Shown here: positions 47,881-59,512 of the stretch, one piece after another | Layout of the letters: each line of letters starts with the position of its first letter | Numbering within the stretch: the first letter of the stretch is position 1 | Source: Roseovarius sp. | GTDB taxonomy: Bacteria; Pseudomonadota; Alphaproteobacteria; Rhodobacterales; Rhodobacteraceae | Direction of reading: 5' to 3' | Length of the DNA: 64,000 bases | Assembly: GCF_965277045.1 (NCBI RefSeq) | Contig: NZ_OZ255712.1 | Span: 847,340-911,339, forward strand | Made by a program: the position numbers and the translations under genes | The notes under the pieces: model-generated | What the model saw: only the letters and a program-made list of their open reading frames with translations | Databases searched by the model: none | Told to the model about the DNA's origin: nothing

Positions 47881-49281
47881 CTACCCCACCTTGTAAGGAA
47901 GCACCCCGCGCTCGTCCGGGGTGACTTGCAGGCGGCGTTCCAGCGGCGGGACCGAGCGCTGGTGGCACTGCGTGCGCTCGCAGATGCGACAGGAGATGCC
48001 GATGGGCTCGAAGGCCTGCGAGAGCGTCAGGTCGAGGTCGTCGGCATAGACCAGGGCGTCGGCGTGTTTCACTTCGCAGCCCAGGGCGATGGCGAAGCGG
48101 CGGACGGGCGCGCCGAAATGCCCGCCGCGTTTGGAGACGTCGCGGGCAAGGGAGATGTAGCGTACTCCGTCGGGAGTTTCGGCCAGCTGGCGCAGGAAGC
48201 GGCCCGGGGTTTCGAAGGCGCGGTGGACGTTCCAGAGGGGACACGCTCCGCCGAAGCGGGCGAATTGCAGGCGCGTGGCGGAGTGGCGCTTGGTGATGGT
48301 TCCGGCCTGGTCGACGCGGACGAAGAAGAAGGGCACGCCCTTGGCGCCGGGGCGTTGCAGGGTCGACAGGCGGTGACAGACCTGCTCGATGGACGCCCCG
48401 AAGCGGGTGGCGAGGCGTTCGAGGTCGTGGCGGTGGTGTTGGGCCGCTTGCAGGAAGGCGGTGTAGGGCATGAGCGCCGCCCCGGCGAAGTAGTTCGCCA
48501 GCCCGATCTTGGCGATGTCGCGCGCCGCCGGGGACTGGAACCGGGCGAGGTCGAGCGTGGCCTCGATCAGCTTTTCCTGTGTCAGCAGAGCCACTTGCAG
48601 GAGGAGTTGAAAGCGGCGCGTCTCGGGTTCGGCGTGGTTCGAGAGATAGAGGATCCGCGCGTCGCGGTCGTAGTGGCGCAGGCGCGCGTCGTCGCTGTCT
48701 ACCACCTTGATGCCGAGCGCGTCGAGCCGGGCCTCCGCCAGGTCGGTGATGCGGCGGGGGCCGGAGGCGGGGCCGGCGAAATGTTCGGCCGCCCGGTCCA
48801 CTGCGTCGATGTAGTTGTCGCAATAGTGGAAGAAGTCGCGCACCTCGTCCCAGGGGGAGGTCTGAGGGCGGGCATCCTCACGACCCAGCGCCTCGTCCAG
48901 AGAGGCGAGGCGTTCGTGTGTGTCGCGGTAGGCGCGGTGCAGTTCGAGAAAGGCGCGGGCCATGGCGGGGGCGTTGGAGGCCGTGAGGCGCAAGTCGCTG
49001 AGGCCGGGGATGTCGTCGGCGAAGACGGCGTCGGCCAGTGCCTCGCGCATGTCGGTCACCAGGCGTTCGGCGTCGCCGGTGGCGAGTTCGGTGACGTCGA
49101 AGCCGAATTCCTGGGCCAGGGCGAGGATGACCGTGGTGGAGACGGGCCGGTTGTTGTTCTCCATCTGGTTCAGGTAGGGCAGGGAGACGCCGAGCTTGGC
49201 GGCGAAATCCTTTTGCGTCAGGGCGAGGCGCTGGCGGGTTTCGCGCAGCTTGGCGCCGGCATAGAGTTTCTGGGTGGCCAT
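47881..49281 (-). CDS. pccR: Short-chain fatty acyl-CoA regulator (ScfR family, PccR)
   Basis: N-terminal XRE HTH (LYAGAKLRETR...SLPYLNQMENNNRP), central M78-like domain, C-terminal GGACPLWNVH and IGISCRICER; lies near pccB. Confidence 0.88.
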   Translation of the reverse strand: MATQKLYAGAKLRETRQRLALTQKDFAAKLGVSLPYLNQMENNNRPVSTTVILALAQEFGFDVTELATGDAERLVTDMREALADAVFADDIPGLSDLRLTASNAPAMARAFLELHRAYRDTHERLASLDEALGREDARPQTSPWDEVRDFFHYCDNYIDAVDRAAEHFAGPASGPRRITDLAEARLDALGIKVVDSDDARLRHYDRDARILYLSNHAEPETRRFQLLLQVALLTQEKLIEATLDLARFQSPAARDIAKIGLANYFAGAALMPYTAFLQAAQHHRHDLERLATRFGASIEQVCHRLSTLQRPGAKGVPFFFVRVDQAGTITKRHSATRLQFARFGGACPLWNVHRAFETPGRFLRQLAETPDGVRYISLARDVSKRGGHFGAPVRRFAIALGCEVKHADALVYADDLDLTLSQAFEPIGISCRICERTQCHQRSVPPLERRLQVTPDERGVLPYKVG

Positions 49282-49292
49282 GGGTGGCTCGC

Positions 49293-49330
49293 TTTGCAGG
49301 TTTGCGTAAGCGCAGGTTTAGATTTGCAAA
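49293..49330. promoter_or_regulatory. PccR-type TTTGCAAA octamers upstream of pccR
   Basis: TTTGCAGG (49293), TTTGCGTA (49301), TTTGCAAA (49323). Confidence 0.55.
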
Positions 49331-49352
49331 GCGGCGCGCGCAAGGGCGGCGT

Positions 49353-50567
49353 TCAGACCGAGGACACGCCCACCTGCCGTTCGCGCAGGATGACGAGCGA
49401 GATGGCGAGAATGCCGCCAAGCGCCGTCAGCAGCATCAGCCACACCAGCGGGAAGGCTCCCGTGCCGGGGCCGAGCAGGGCTCCGGCCAGCGCCGACAGA
49501 CCTGCACCGCCGCCGATCATCAGGAAGCCGGCAAGGCCACTGGCGGTGCCGGCGAGGCTGGGACGCACGGAGAGCGCGCCGGCGGTGGCGTTGGGGATGG
49601 TCATGCCGTTGCCCAGGCCCATCAGCGTCATCAGGCCGAAGAACGTGTAGGGCGTGCTGACCCCGGCATAAAGCGTGGCGAGGTTGACGGCGTGGCCGAT
49701 GGCGTTGGCCACCGAGCCGTAGAACACCATGCGGTTGATGCCGATCCGGGTGGAGAAGCGGCCCGACAGGAAATTGCCGGTGAAATAGCCTACGGCGGGC
49801 GCGCCGAAGAAGAGGCCAAGCTGGGACGGGGTGAGCCCGAAGACCTGTGTGCCCACGAAGGGCGCACCGCCGAGATAGGCGAAGAACGCCCCCGAGGAGA
49901 GCGCGGCGGCGAGCGCGTAGCCCCAGAAGCGGTAGGAGGTAAACAGCTCGGGGTATTCTGCGAACTGGTCGCCGAAGGTGCGGCCTTCCAGCGGGGCGGT
50001 TTCGCCGAGGTCGTTCCAAACCAGCCAGAGCACGGCCGCGCCCATGGCGAAGAGCGCCCAGAAGCTGCCGTGCCAGTCGAAGGCGGCGTCGAGCATCCCG
50101 CCGATGGCCGGGCCGATCATCGGCACGACGGACATGCCCATGGTGACGTAGCCGATCATCGACGCGGCCCGGTCGGCGGGGACCATGTCGCGCACCACGG
50201 CGCGCGAGAGGACCATCGCGGCGACGATGCCGCCCTGGAACATGCGGAAGATCAGGAAGACCCAGATATTCGTGGACATCAGGCAGCCCAGTGTCGCCAG
50301 CAGGAAGATCACCAGCCCGCCGAGGATGACCGGGCGGCGCCCCACGCGGTCGGAGATGGGGCCGATCAGCAGTTGCAGGATGGCGTTGATGCCAAGGTAG
50401 CCCGCTACGGCGAGTTGCATCACGCCGTACTCCGTCTCGAAATAGGCGGTCATGCCGGGCAGGGACGGCAGGAAGATGTTGAGCGCCAGCGTCGAGATCC
50501 CGGCCAGCACGATCAGGGTGAAGATGTGCGGCGGAGTCGTGCGGTCGAGGAAGCGGACGGTGGGCAT
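49353..50567 (-). CDS. Bcr/CflA-family MFS efflux transporter
   Basis: IFLPSLPGM, GPISDRVGRRPV, RAVVRD, YLGGAPFV. Confidence 0.92.
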   Translation of the reverse strand: MPTVRFLDRTTPPHIFTLIVLAGISTLALNIFLPSLPGMTAYFETEYGVMQLAVAGYLGINAILQLLIGPISDRVGRRPVILGGLVIFLLATLGCLMSTNIWVFLIFRMFQGGIVAAMVLSRAVVRDMVPADRAASMIGYVTMGMSVVPMIGPAIGGMLDAAFDWHGSFWALFAMGAAVLWLVWNDLGETAPLEGRTFGDQFAEYPELFTSYRFWGYALAAALSSGAFFAYLGGAPFVGTQVFGLTPSQLGLFFGAPAVGYFTGNFLSGRFSTRIGINRMVFYGSVANAIGHAVNLATLYAGVSTPYTFFGLMTLMGLGNGMTIPNATAGALSVRPSLAGTASGLAGFLMIGGGAGLSALAGALLGPGTGAFPLVWLMLLTALGGILAISLVILRERQVGVSSV

Positions 50568-50666
50568 GTCAAAGGCGCTATCCCGGAGTGCGGGGGATGT
50601 CCAGATGGGCTGTGGCGTGAGCCATGGGCGGGGTGGGCGCGGCTGCGCCTCCGGGGACAGGCGGCT

Positions 50667-51239
50667 TCAGGTCTTGCCGCGCGTGTCCCTTTTTTGCACG
50701 TCATCGTCACCGTGTCGCGCGACGCCTTCCAGAAGATCGTCGGACAGGTGTGCGTGACCCGGCTTGCTGATAACGGAGAGCGAGCCGTTCGTTTCCATCA
50801 CGACCCAGGCTGCCGCGTCGGTTTCGGACAGGCCCGCCGCGCGCAGCGCGGATTTCACTTCGTCCTCGGTCACGCGCTCGTATGTCATGTCCCGGTCCAG
50901 CAGGCGCCCGTCTTTCAGCAGCATGCGGGGCTGCGGCTTGACCAGCCGGGCGAAGCGCCTGGACCGCAGCGCGCCCCATGTGGTCAGCCATTGCAATACG
51001 GCCAGTACGGACACCGCGAGCATGGCGTCCAGCATGGACACCTTTCGCAGAAGGAGGCCCGACGCCATGATCGAGCCGATCGCAACCGTGATGATCCAGT
51101 CGAAATTGTTCATGTTGCCCGTCGTGCGCTTTCCGCTCAGACGGACAAGGACGATGATGAAGTAATAGAAGACCACGCATGACGCTGCGATGTGCATCAG
51201 GCGGTCGGGCTCGGATAGCCAGGTTTGTGCAGGTTCCAT
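50667..51239 (-). CDS. DUF421 (YetF-like) membrane protein
   Basis: RLSGKRTTGNMNNFDWIITVAIGS, PRMLLKDG, VMETNGSLSVI. Confidence 0.88.
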   Translation of the reverse strand: MEPAQTWLSEPDRLMHIAASCVVFYYFIIVLVRLSGKRTTGNMNNFDWIITVAIGSIMASGLLLRKVSMLDAMLAVSVLAVLQWLTTWGALRSRRFARLVKPQPRMLLKDGRLLDRDMTYERVTEDEVKSALRAAGLSETDAAAWVVMETNGSLSVISKPGHAHLSDDLLEGVARHGDDDVQKRDTRGKT

Positions 51240-51247
51240 TCTGCATC

Positions 51248-51272
51248 AACGCCGTTCACAAACCTGTGTTCC
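51248..51272 (-). promoter_or_regulatory. EcfG-type promoter for the DUF421 gene
   Basis: Minus strand GGAAC (51272-68) - 16 nt - CGTT (51251-48), exact consensus, 8 nt upstream of the ATG. Confidence 0.7.
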
Positions 51273-51366
51273 CCTGGATGTGGCCGGCTCGCCGGGAACG
51301 CGCATGGAGCGAAGGTGTCGCCGCACCCATGGACCGGTCCGTTTGACGAGTTGCCGGACCGGGTGA

Positions 51367-51422
51367 TTTGCAGATTTGCAATTTAGCAATCCGCGCTTAG
51401 CGGGATTTGGCAAATTTGCGGA
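51367..51422. promoter_or_regulatory. PccR operator array upstream of pccB
   Basis: Abutting octamers TTTGCAGA/TTTGCAAT/TTAGCAAT (51367-90) and TTGGCAAA/TTTGCGGA (51407-22), resembling the TTTGCAAA PccR motif. Confidence 0.7.
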
Positions 51423-51484
51423 AATTGTCTTGGATGAGGTGCGCGCAACCAGTAGGGTCGCGCCAGCAAATCAAGGGGGCCTCG

Positions 51485-53017
51485 ATGAAAGATATCCTTC
51501 AGGAACTGGACACGCGCCGCGGCAACGCGCGGCTGGGCGGCGGGCAGAAGCGGATCGACGCGCAGCACGAGAAAGGCAAGCTGACCGCGCGCGAGCGGAT
51601 CGACCTGCTGCTGGACGAGGACAGTTTCGAAGAGTTCGACATGTTCGTGGCCCATCGTTGTACCGATTTCGGGATGGAGAAGAACCGGCCCTATGGCGAT
51701 GGCGTGGTGACCGGCTGGGGCACCATCAACGGCCGTCAGGTCTATGTCTTCAGCCAGGATTTCACCGTGCTGGGCGGATCGGTGTCGCATACCCACGCGA
51801 TGAAGATCTGCAAGATCATGGACATGGCGATGCAGAACGGCGCGCCGGTGATCGGCATCAACGACTCGGGCGGTGCGCGGATCCAGGAGGGCGTGGACAG
51901 CCTTGCGGGGTATGGCGAAGTGTTCCAGCGCAATATCGAGGCTTCGGGCGTGGTGCCGCAGATCAGCGTGATCACCGGGCCATGCGCGGGCGGGGCGGTG
52001 TATTCGCCGGCGATGACCGACTTCATATTCATGGTGCGCGACAGCTCGTACATGTTCGTGACCGGCCCGGACGTGGTCAAGACCGTGACCAACGAGCAGG
52101 TGACGGCGGAGGAGCTGGGCGGGGCCTCGACCCACACGAAAAAGTCCTCGGTCGCAGATGCGGCCTTCGAGAACGACGTGGAGGCGATGGCCGAGGTGCG
52201 GCGGCTGGTGGATTTCCTGCCGCTGAACAACCGAGAGCCGGTTCCGGTGCGCCCGTTCTTCGACGACCCGGATCGCGCCGAGACGAGCCTGGATACGCTG
52301 ATCCCGGACAACCCCAACATGCCCTACGACATGAAGGAGCTGATCGTGAAGGTCGCCGACGAGGGCGATTTCTATGAGATCCAGGAGGATTTCGCGAAGA
52401 ACATGGTCACCGGGTTCATCCGCCTCGAGGGCCGCACGGTGGGTGTGGTGGCGAACCAGCCCATGGTGCTGGCCGGGTGTCTGGACATCGACAGTTCCCG
52501 CAAGGCGGCGCGGTTCGTGCGGTTCTGCGACTGTTTCGAGATCCCGATCCTGACCTTCGTGGACGTGCCCGGCTTTCTGCCCGGCACCAGCCAGGAGCAT
52601 AACGGCGTGATCAAGCACGGCGCGAAGCTGCTGTTTGCCTATGGCGAGGCGACGGTGCCGAAGGTGACGGTGATCACGCGCAAGGCCTACGGGGGCGCGT
52701 ATGTGGTGATGAGCTCCAAGCACCTGCGGGGGGACATCAACTATGCCTGGCCCACGTCGGAGATCGCGGTGATGGGCGCCAAGGGCGCGACGGAGATCAT
52801 CCATCGGGGCGACCTGGGCGATGACGAGAAGATCGCCAAGCACACGGCGGATTACGAGGAGCGGTTCGCCAACCCCTTCGTGGCGGCGGAGCGCGGCTTC
52901 ATCGACGAGGTGATCCAGCCGCGCAGCACGCGCAAGCGGGTGAGCCGGGCCTTTGCGGCGCTGCGCCACAAGAAGCGCAAGCTGCCGTGGAAGAAGCACG
53001 ACAATATTCCGTTGTAG
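51485..53017 (+). CDS. pccB: Propionyl-CoA carboxylase beta subunit
   Basis: [52 protein letters not shown]. Confidence 0.96.
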   Translation: MKDILQELDTRRGNARLGGGQKRIDAQHEKGKLTARERIDLLLDEDSFEEFDMFVAHRCTDFGMEKNRPYGDGVVTGWGTINGRQVYVFSQDFTVLGGSVSHTHAMKICKIMDMAMQNGAPVIGINDSGGARIQEGVDSLAGYGEVFQRNIEASGVVPQISVITGPCAGGAVYSPAMTDFIFMVRDSSYMFVTGPDVVKTVTNEQVTAEELGGASTHTKKSSVADAAFENDVEAMAEVRRLVDFLPLNNREPVPVRPFFDDPDRAETSLDTLIPDNPNMPYDMKELIVKVADEGDFYEIQEDFAKNMVTGFIRLEGRTVGVVANQPMVLAGCLDIDSSRKAARFVRFCDCFEIPILTFVDVPGFLPGTSQEHNGVIKHGAKLLFAYGEATVPKVTVITRKAYGGAYVVMSSKHLRGDINYAWPTSEIAVMGAKGATEIIHRGDLGDDEKIAKHTADYEERFANPFVAAERGFIDEVIQPRSTRKRVSRAFAALRHKKRKLPWKKHDNIPL

Positions 53018-53063
53018 GGCGGGATTTATCCCGTCACGGGCGGCGGGGTGAACCCCGCCCTGC
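53014..53063. repeat. GTAG-family REP doublet overlapping the pccB stop
   Basis: GTAGGGCGGGATTTATCCCGTC (53014-35) and inverted GGCGGGGTGAACCCCGCCCTGC (53042-63). Confidence 0.7.
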
Positions 53064-53089
53064 GAGATTGGTCGAAGGTACGAATTGAG

Positions 53090-53422
53090 ATGAGCCGGGG
53101 CTTTCATATCCTGCGCGAGGCAGGCGCGGTGACCGTGGCGCGGCGGGTGCCGGTGCGGTTCGACGTGAGCGCCGAGGCGCGCTTTGGCCCGCTGCGCAAG
53201 CTGGCGCTGGCGCAGCAGGTGCGGCAGGACCTGTGGCGCGTCTTGCAAAACGTGCGGGGCTTTGCGCCGGTCGTCAGGGTCGTGGAGGCCGAGGATGGCG
53301 TGACGCTGACCGCGGGCGGGCAGGTGGAGGGGCGGCATGACCGCGCCCGGCTGGAGGGTGTCATCGCGGCGCTGCTGGCCGATCCGGGCCACGTCGCGCG
53401 CTGGACGAGGTGGGCGCGATGA
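53090..53422 (+). CDS. Hypothetical protein in the pcc cluster
   Basis: VTVARRVPVRFDVSA...LAQQVRQDLWRVLQNVRGFAPVV; stop overlaps the next ATG. Confidence 0.7.
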   Translation: MSRGFHILREAGAVTVARRVPVRFDVSAEARFGPLRKLALAQQVRQDLWRVLQNVRGFAPVVRVVEAEDGVTLTAGGQVEGRHDRARLEGVIAALLADPGHVARWTRWAR

Positions 53423-53823
53423 AAGAAATGTTGGCAGGGACGCTGGCCGCGCTGATGGCGCTGGCCGCCCCAGAGCAGGGCGAGGCGCAAGAGGAGGAGC
53501 GTCTTGTCCTGCCATCGGGGCTGGAGGCGGAATTGCAGGAGACCATCACCGGCGAGGCGGCGATGGGCATGACGGTGCGGTTCCGCTTCGTGGCCGAGGA
53601 TTTCACGGGAACCGAGGATTTCGAGGTGCAGACCGCGGACCTGGAATACCTGTGCAACGACTATGCCCTGCCACGCCTGGCGCCGGGGCAGCGCCCGCCC
53701 GACAGGGTGGTGATCTCGGTGGCCGACAGGCCGTCGGAATTCGGCCGGTTCGACCCCGATGTGACGCAGATTTTCGAGAGTTTCTCGGTCAAGGACGCAA
53801 CCTGTATCTTGGAGCTGTTCTGA
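53419..53823 (+). CDS. Exported protein (DUF6497-like)
   Basis: Signal peptide; RFRFVA, DLEYLCNDYALP, VVISVADRP.EFG, FESFSVKDATCILELF. Confidence 0.78.
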   Translation: MKEMLAGTLAALMALAAPEQGEAQEEERLVLPSGLEAELQETITGEAAMGMTVRFRFVAEDFTGTEDFEVQTADLEYLCNDYALPRLAPGQRPPDRVVISVADRPSEFGRFDPDVTQIFESFSVKDATCILELF

Positions 53824-54037
53824 TGAATGCACAATATGTTGCGGATCAAAGCGCAGCCCCGCGCGGGTTTGAGGCTTTCCAGACACAGGCAGGCGGGATC
53901 GCGCCGGGCAGATATGAAACGTTGACGGATTCCGCTATTGTCACACTTGGTTACATATCCGTGACCCATTCCTCGAACGAGGGGCAGATGGGGCGTTTGG
54001 CGCGCCATGTGCTGGAGTACAGAGACAGGAGACAAAC

Positions 54038-54184
54038 ATGTCGAACAGCATCAAGAGCATCCTCACGGTTGGTCTGGTTGCCCTCGTGGCAGCCTGCGGT
54101 CAGCAGCAGCAAGAAGAAGAATTCGTCGTGGTCGATCCGGAGCCGATCTCGACCGAGCCGACCTACACCGGCAAGCTCAAGTAA
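54038..54184 (+). CDS. 48-aa small lipoprotein
   Basis: My translation: MSNSIKSILTVGLVALVAAC-GQQQQEEEFVVVDPEPISTEPTYTGKLK; lipobox VAAC; SD AGGAG; absent from the ORF track. Confidence 0.85.
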   Translation: MSNSIKSILTVGLVALVAACGQQQQEEEFVVVDPEPISTEPTYTGKLK

Positions 54185-54289
54185 GCACCCGAACGCACGA
54201 CAGGGGCAGGCCCTCGGGCCTGTCCTGATCCACCCTGTCCTGATGGACGGCGAGACCCGGCGGTCCCTGCGCGGTTGCGGAGGCGGGTC

Positions 54290-54649
54290 ATGATCAAGCA
54301 CCGCGGCTTTCCGGGGCGTCTGCCCGGCAGCGATTTCCAGTTCACCATTCGCCGTGCCAACCCCAAGGGCGCCACCGCCATCGTGCGCCGCGAGCGCTAT
54401 CGCGACCGGCGTCCGGCCGACAAGCGCGCCGACACCGCCTTTGTCCGCGCCTTGTGGGAGGCTTTTGGCGATCAGCCCTTCGAGCGGGGCAACCTGGATG
54501 CCGGCCGGCTGAGCTGGCTGTTCGGCCGCGAAGTGCTGCCGGCCGAGGACGCGTTCGATTCGGAAAGCTACGAAGCGCTGCTGGTGCTGGACGTCGCGGC
54601 GGCAAGGCGCGCCTTTCCGGACGCGTTCGAGGAAGGGGAACCGGCATGA
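54290..54649 (+). CDS. Hypothetical protein in the pcc cluster
   Basis: MIKHRGFPGRLPGSDFQFTIRRAN...FERGNLDAGRLSWLFGREV; SD GGAGG. Confidence 0.75.
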   Translation: MIKHRGFPGRLPGSDFQFTIRRANPKGATAIVRRERYRDRRPADKRADTAFVRALWEAFGDQPFERGNLDAGRLSWLFGREVLPAEDAFDSESYEALLVLDVAAARRAFPDAFEEGEPA

Positions 54650-54846
54650 TTGGCGCAACTCCGGTCCTTTATTTAGGCACGTTTTTGCCGACGACCCGCG
54701 GATTCACGCGAATTGCAGCCGATCACCTGCAGGATGAGACTTGGGGCTTGGCGCAATGCCAGATTGCGTGCACCGTCACTAGTGTAGTGGCGGCCTTCCC
54801 CCAATGGGCCGAGACATACCGTCTAAACCGTTACCCTTCCCCTGAT

Positions 54847-54885
54847 GGGCGGCCTTATGCATTGTTGCAGAGGCCGCCCTTTTTT
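54847..54885 (+). terminator. Intrinsic terminator (3' end of a candidate sRNA)
   Basis: GGGCGGCCT ... AGGCCGCCC-TTTTTT. Confidence 0.8.
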
Positions 54886-55022
54886 ACGTGCGAGTCAAAG
54901 GCTTACGCGGATAGGCGAGGTTGCGCCCAAATCGCCCGAGGCCGGAGGACGGGCTTTGATTCCGCCGCGGAACTGGCGTTGAGTGAGCGCAATTCAGATC
55001 AAGAAACGCGAGGCGACATCCG

Positions 55023-55232
55023 ATGCAGTTCCGTAAATCCCTTCCTTTCTTCCTGTGCCTCCCAGTTTTCCTGGCGGCCTGCGGCAACACCGTGCCGGAA
55101 CAGGCGCTGTTCGGCGGGGCCGCGGGCACCGGCGCGGCGGCCGTCGTGGGAGGATCGCTGCTTACCGGTGCGGCGGTGGGCGCCGCGGGCAACGTGGCGT
55201 TCTGCCAGGTCTACCCGGACAAATGCCTGTAG
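55023..55232 (+). CDS. Small glycine-zipper lipoprotein
   Basis: Lipobox LAAC; GGAAGTGAAAVVGG...GAAVGAAGN; C-terminal FCQVYPDKC. Confidence 0.8.
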   Translation: MQFRKSLPFFLCLPVFLAACGNTVPEQALFGGAAGTGAAAVVGGSLLTGAAVGAAGNVAFCQVYPDKCL

Positions 55233-55273
55233 CCTGAATTTCGCGCCCGTCACCGGGCGGCTCAACCTGCATG

Positions 55274-55309
55274 AAACCACCCCTCGCGCCAGCGGGGCGG
55301 TGGTTTTTT
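55274..55309 (+). terminator. Terminator-like hairpin between the lipoprotein gene and pccA
   Basis: AAACCACC...GGTGGTTTTTT. Confidence 0.6.
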
Positions 55310-55366
55310 CGTATCACCCCCGTCCGGCAGGCTCGCCGGGGCGGGCAAGACTGAAGGGGACGTGAG

Positions 55367-57412
<2,046 letters not shown>

Positions 57413-57416
57413 CGCG

Positions 57417-57932
57417 GTGACCCTGCGCGGGACTCATATCCTGCCCGCGGCGATGGCGGGCGCGGTCCTGCTAGGGGCCTGCACGCGCGACGACGAGGCG
57501 TCGATGCGGGCGCGGCTGGCGCCGTGGTTCAGCCTGGGCGAGACGCTGGCGTTTTCTTCCAAGGCGCGGTGTGCCGCGGCGGCGTTCCGGCTGGTGAACG
57601 CGGATATCGGGGCTGCGGTGCCGGTCGAGCGCAACGTGCCCGACATGCTGCGCGCGCTGCCCAGACGGGGCGTTGCGGCGCTGGACGACCCCGATATGAC
57701 GCCGGATGCGGCGATGGTGGACGCGGTCAACACGCAGCGCACGTTCGGGATGCAGATGCGCCGTGCGGGGCTGGAGGCGCGGCCCTGCATGGACGGCAAG
57801 GTGGGGGTGGAGTTCCGCCGCCTGCTGATGCGCCCCGAGACCGTGCTGGCCTATGAGACGACCGACGGCACGCTGATGCTGATGGACCGCGCGAACCGGG
57901 TTCTGGTGGTCGCGGCGGGAGAGCGGGCATGA
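57417..57932 (+). CDS. Hypothetical lipoprotein
   Basis: GTG start; lipobox LLGAC. Confidence 0.7.
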   Translation: MTLRGTHILPAAMAGAVLLGACTRDDEASMRARLAPWFSLGETLAFSSKARCAAAAFRLVNADIGAAVPVERNVPDMLRALPRRGVAALDDPDMTPDAAMVDAVNTQRTFGMQMRRAGLEARPCMDGKVGVEFRRLLMRPETVLAYETTDGTLMLMDRANRVLVVAAGERA

Positions 57933-57945
57933 ACGGTGCGTGGGA

Positions 57946-58401
57946 TCAGTTGCCGCTCAGCCGGTCGCGGATTTCCTGTTGCCGGATCGGCATCTTGTCG
58001 ATGGCGCGGGACAGCTCGCGCACGCTCCATGGCGCGGGTTTGCGCAGCTCGACCTTGCCGTCCTTGCCGATGAGCGCCAGCATGAAGCCGCGCGGGCGCA
58101 ACCTGCGGCGCAGGTCGCTGTCGGCGGAGGGGTCGGTATCGGTCAGCACCACGACATCGCGCCGGTCCAGATCGTCCAGCCGGTCGGTGATGAAGTTCAT
58201 CTGTTCGATGAAGCGCGGATCCGAGGCGTTGTCGGCAAAGACGACGATGGGGCGCTTTATCCAGAGAAATTCGTTCAAATCGACGCTTTCGCCGGCAAGT
58301 ATGATTCCGTCCTCCGGCGATCCGTCGGTCGCGCGGGCCGTGTCCGCGACGAGTGATATCGACGTAAGTGCCAGAAAAGAAAGAACGATCAGCTTGCGCA
58401 T
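57946..58401 (-). CDS. DUF4174 exported protein
   Basis: Signal peptide; WIKRPIVVFAD...DPRFIEQM, RDVVVL, LIGKDG.V, IDKMPIRQQE. Confidence 0.85.
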   Translation of the reverse strand: MRKLIVLSFLALTSISLVADTARATDGSPEDGIILAGESVDLNEFLWIKRPIVVFADNASDPRFIEQMNFITDRLDDLDRRDVVVLTDTDPSADSDLRRRLRPRGFMLALIGKDGKVELRKPAPWSVRELSRAIDKMPIRQQEIRDRLSGN

Positions 58402-58576
58402 TGGGCCTCCTGCTGGACCAGATATAAGGCCCGAGGCGCCGAATGCGAAGGCCGTTTGGCCGCAGGGCCGCGAAAATTTTACCGTTAATCCCGTGGTCAG
58501 GTCCCGTGGTGCAGGCTGGCGCGACGCAAGGTCGACCGCCCGCAGGCCGCGGGCCGCACGGGAAAGGCGCGGGATC

Positions 58577-59512
58577 ATGGACGTTGTTCTGCATATCGGG
58601 GCTCACCGGACGGCCACCACCACGTTCCAGGCCTACCTGGCGGCGAACCGGGCGGCGCTGGGGCGGATGGGCATCGCCGTTTGGGGGCCGAAACAGACGC
58701 GTGACGGCCTGCTGACCGGGGTGATACCGATCGAGAGCCCGCGCCCGCCGCAGGAGCAGCTGGAGCGCGCCCGCGCGCGGGTGGCGATCAACATGGCCCG
58801 CGAACGCAGGGCCGGCGCCAAGGTGCTGGTGATCAGCGACGAGAACATGATCGGGGCGCCGCGCCGCTGCCTGCGGCAGGGGCGGCTTTACCCCGATATC
58901 GGCCAGCGCCTGGCGCGGTTCGCCCATGCCTTCGACGGCCAGGTGACGCGGGCCTGCCTGTCGATCCGCAGTCATGACAGCTTTTGGGCGTCGGTGGTGT
59001 CCTTCGGCGTGGCGCGGGGGCATCGCGTGCCGGACCAGGCGGTGCTGGATGCGCTGGCGGCTTCGCCGCGGCTGTGGCGGGACGTGGTGCTGGACGTGGC
59101 CTGCGCCCTGCCCAAGGTCGAGCTGAGCGTGCTGCCCTACGAGATTTTCGGCGGCCTGCCCGAGCGGGTGCTGGAACACATGACCGGGCATGGCCCGATG
59201 CCGCGCGCCCATGCGCGGGACTGGAGGAACCAGGGCCCCGGCCTGGGCCAGCTGCGCCGGATCGTGGGAGAGCGTGGCGGCGACCCTGCGCGCCTGCCCG
59301 AAGGGGCGGGCAAGTGGCAACCGTTCGACGAGACCGCCTTGCGCGAGATGCGCGAGGCCTATGCCGACGATCTGTTCTGGCTGCGTGCCGGGGCAGAGGG
59401 ATTGGCGCAGCTGACAGAGGAAACCGGCCCGGTGAAGACGGGGACAACCCCGCGCCCGGACCAGAGGAAAAGAGGACAAGACGATGGGATCGAAGACCGA
59501 CGATTGGCGTAA
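58577..59512 (+). CDS. Hypothetical protein with sulfotransferase-like P-loop start
   Basis: [18 protein letters not shown] resembles the HIGxxKTGTT PAPS-binding loop; ISDENMIG; 3' end overlaps the mutase start. Confidence 0.65.
   Translation: MDVVLHIGAHRTATTTFQAYLAANRAALGRMGIAVWGPKQTRDGLLTGVIPIESPRPPQEQLERARARVAINMARERRAGAKVLVISDENMIGAPRRCLRQGRLYPDIGQRLARFAHAFDGQVTRACLSIRSHDSFWASVVSFGVARGHRVPDQAVLDALAASPRLWRDVVLDVACALPKVELSVLPYEIFGGLPERVLEHMTGHGPMPRAHARDWRNQGPGLGQLRRIVGERGGDPARLPEGAGKWQPFDETALREMREAYADDLFWLRAGAEGLAQLTEETGPVKTGTTPRPDQRKRGQDDGIEDRRLA

Noticed and set aside
54646-55022. ORF continuing from ATG 54646 through the pcc-cluster gap (part of the 303-aa track ORF)
   Set aside because: It crosses a strong terminator, has atypical codons and no motif; the non-coding interpretation fits better
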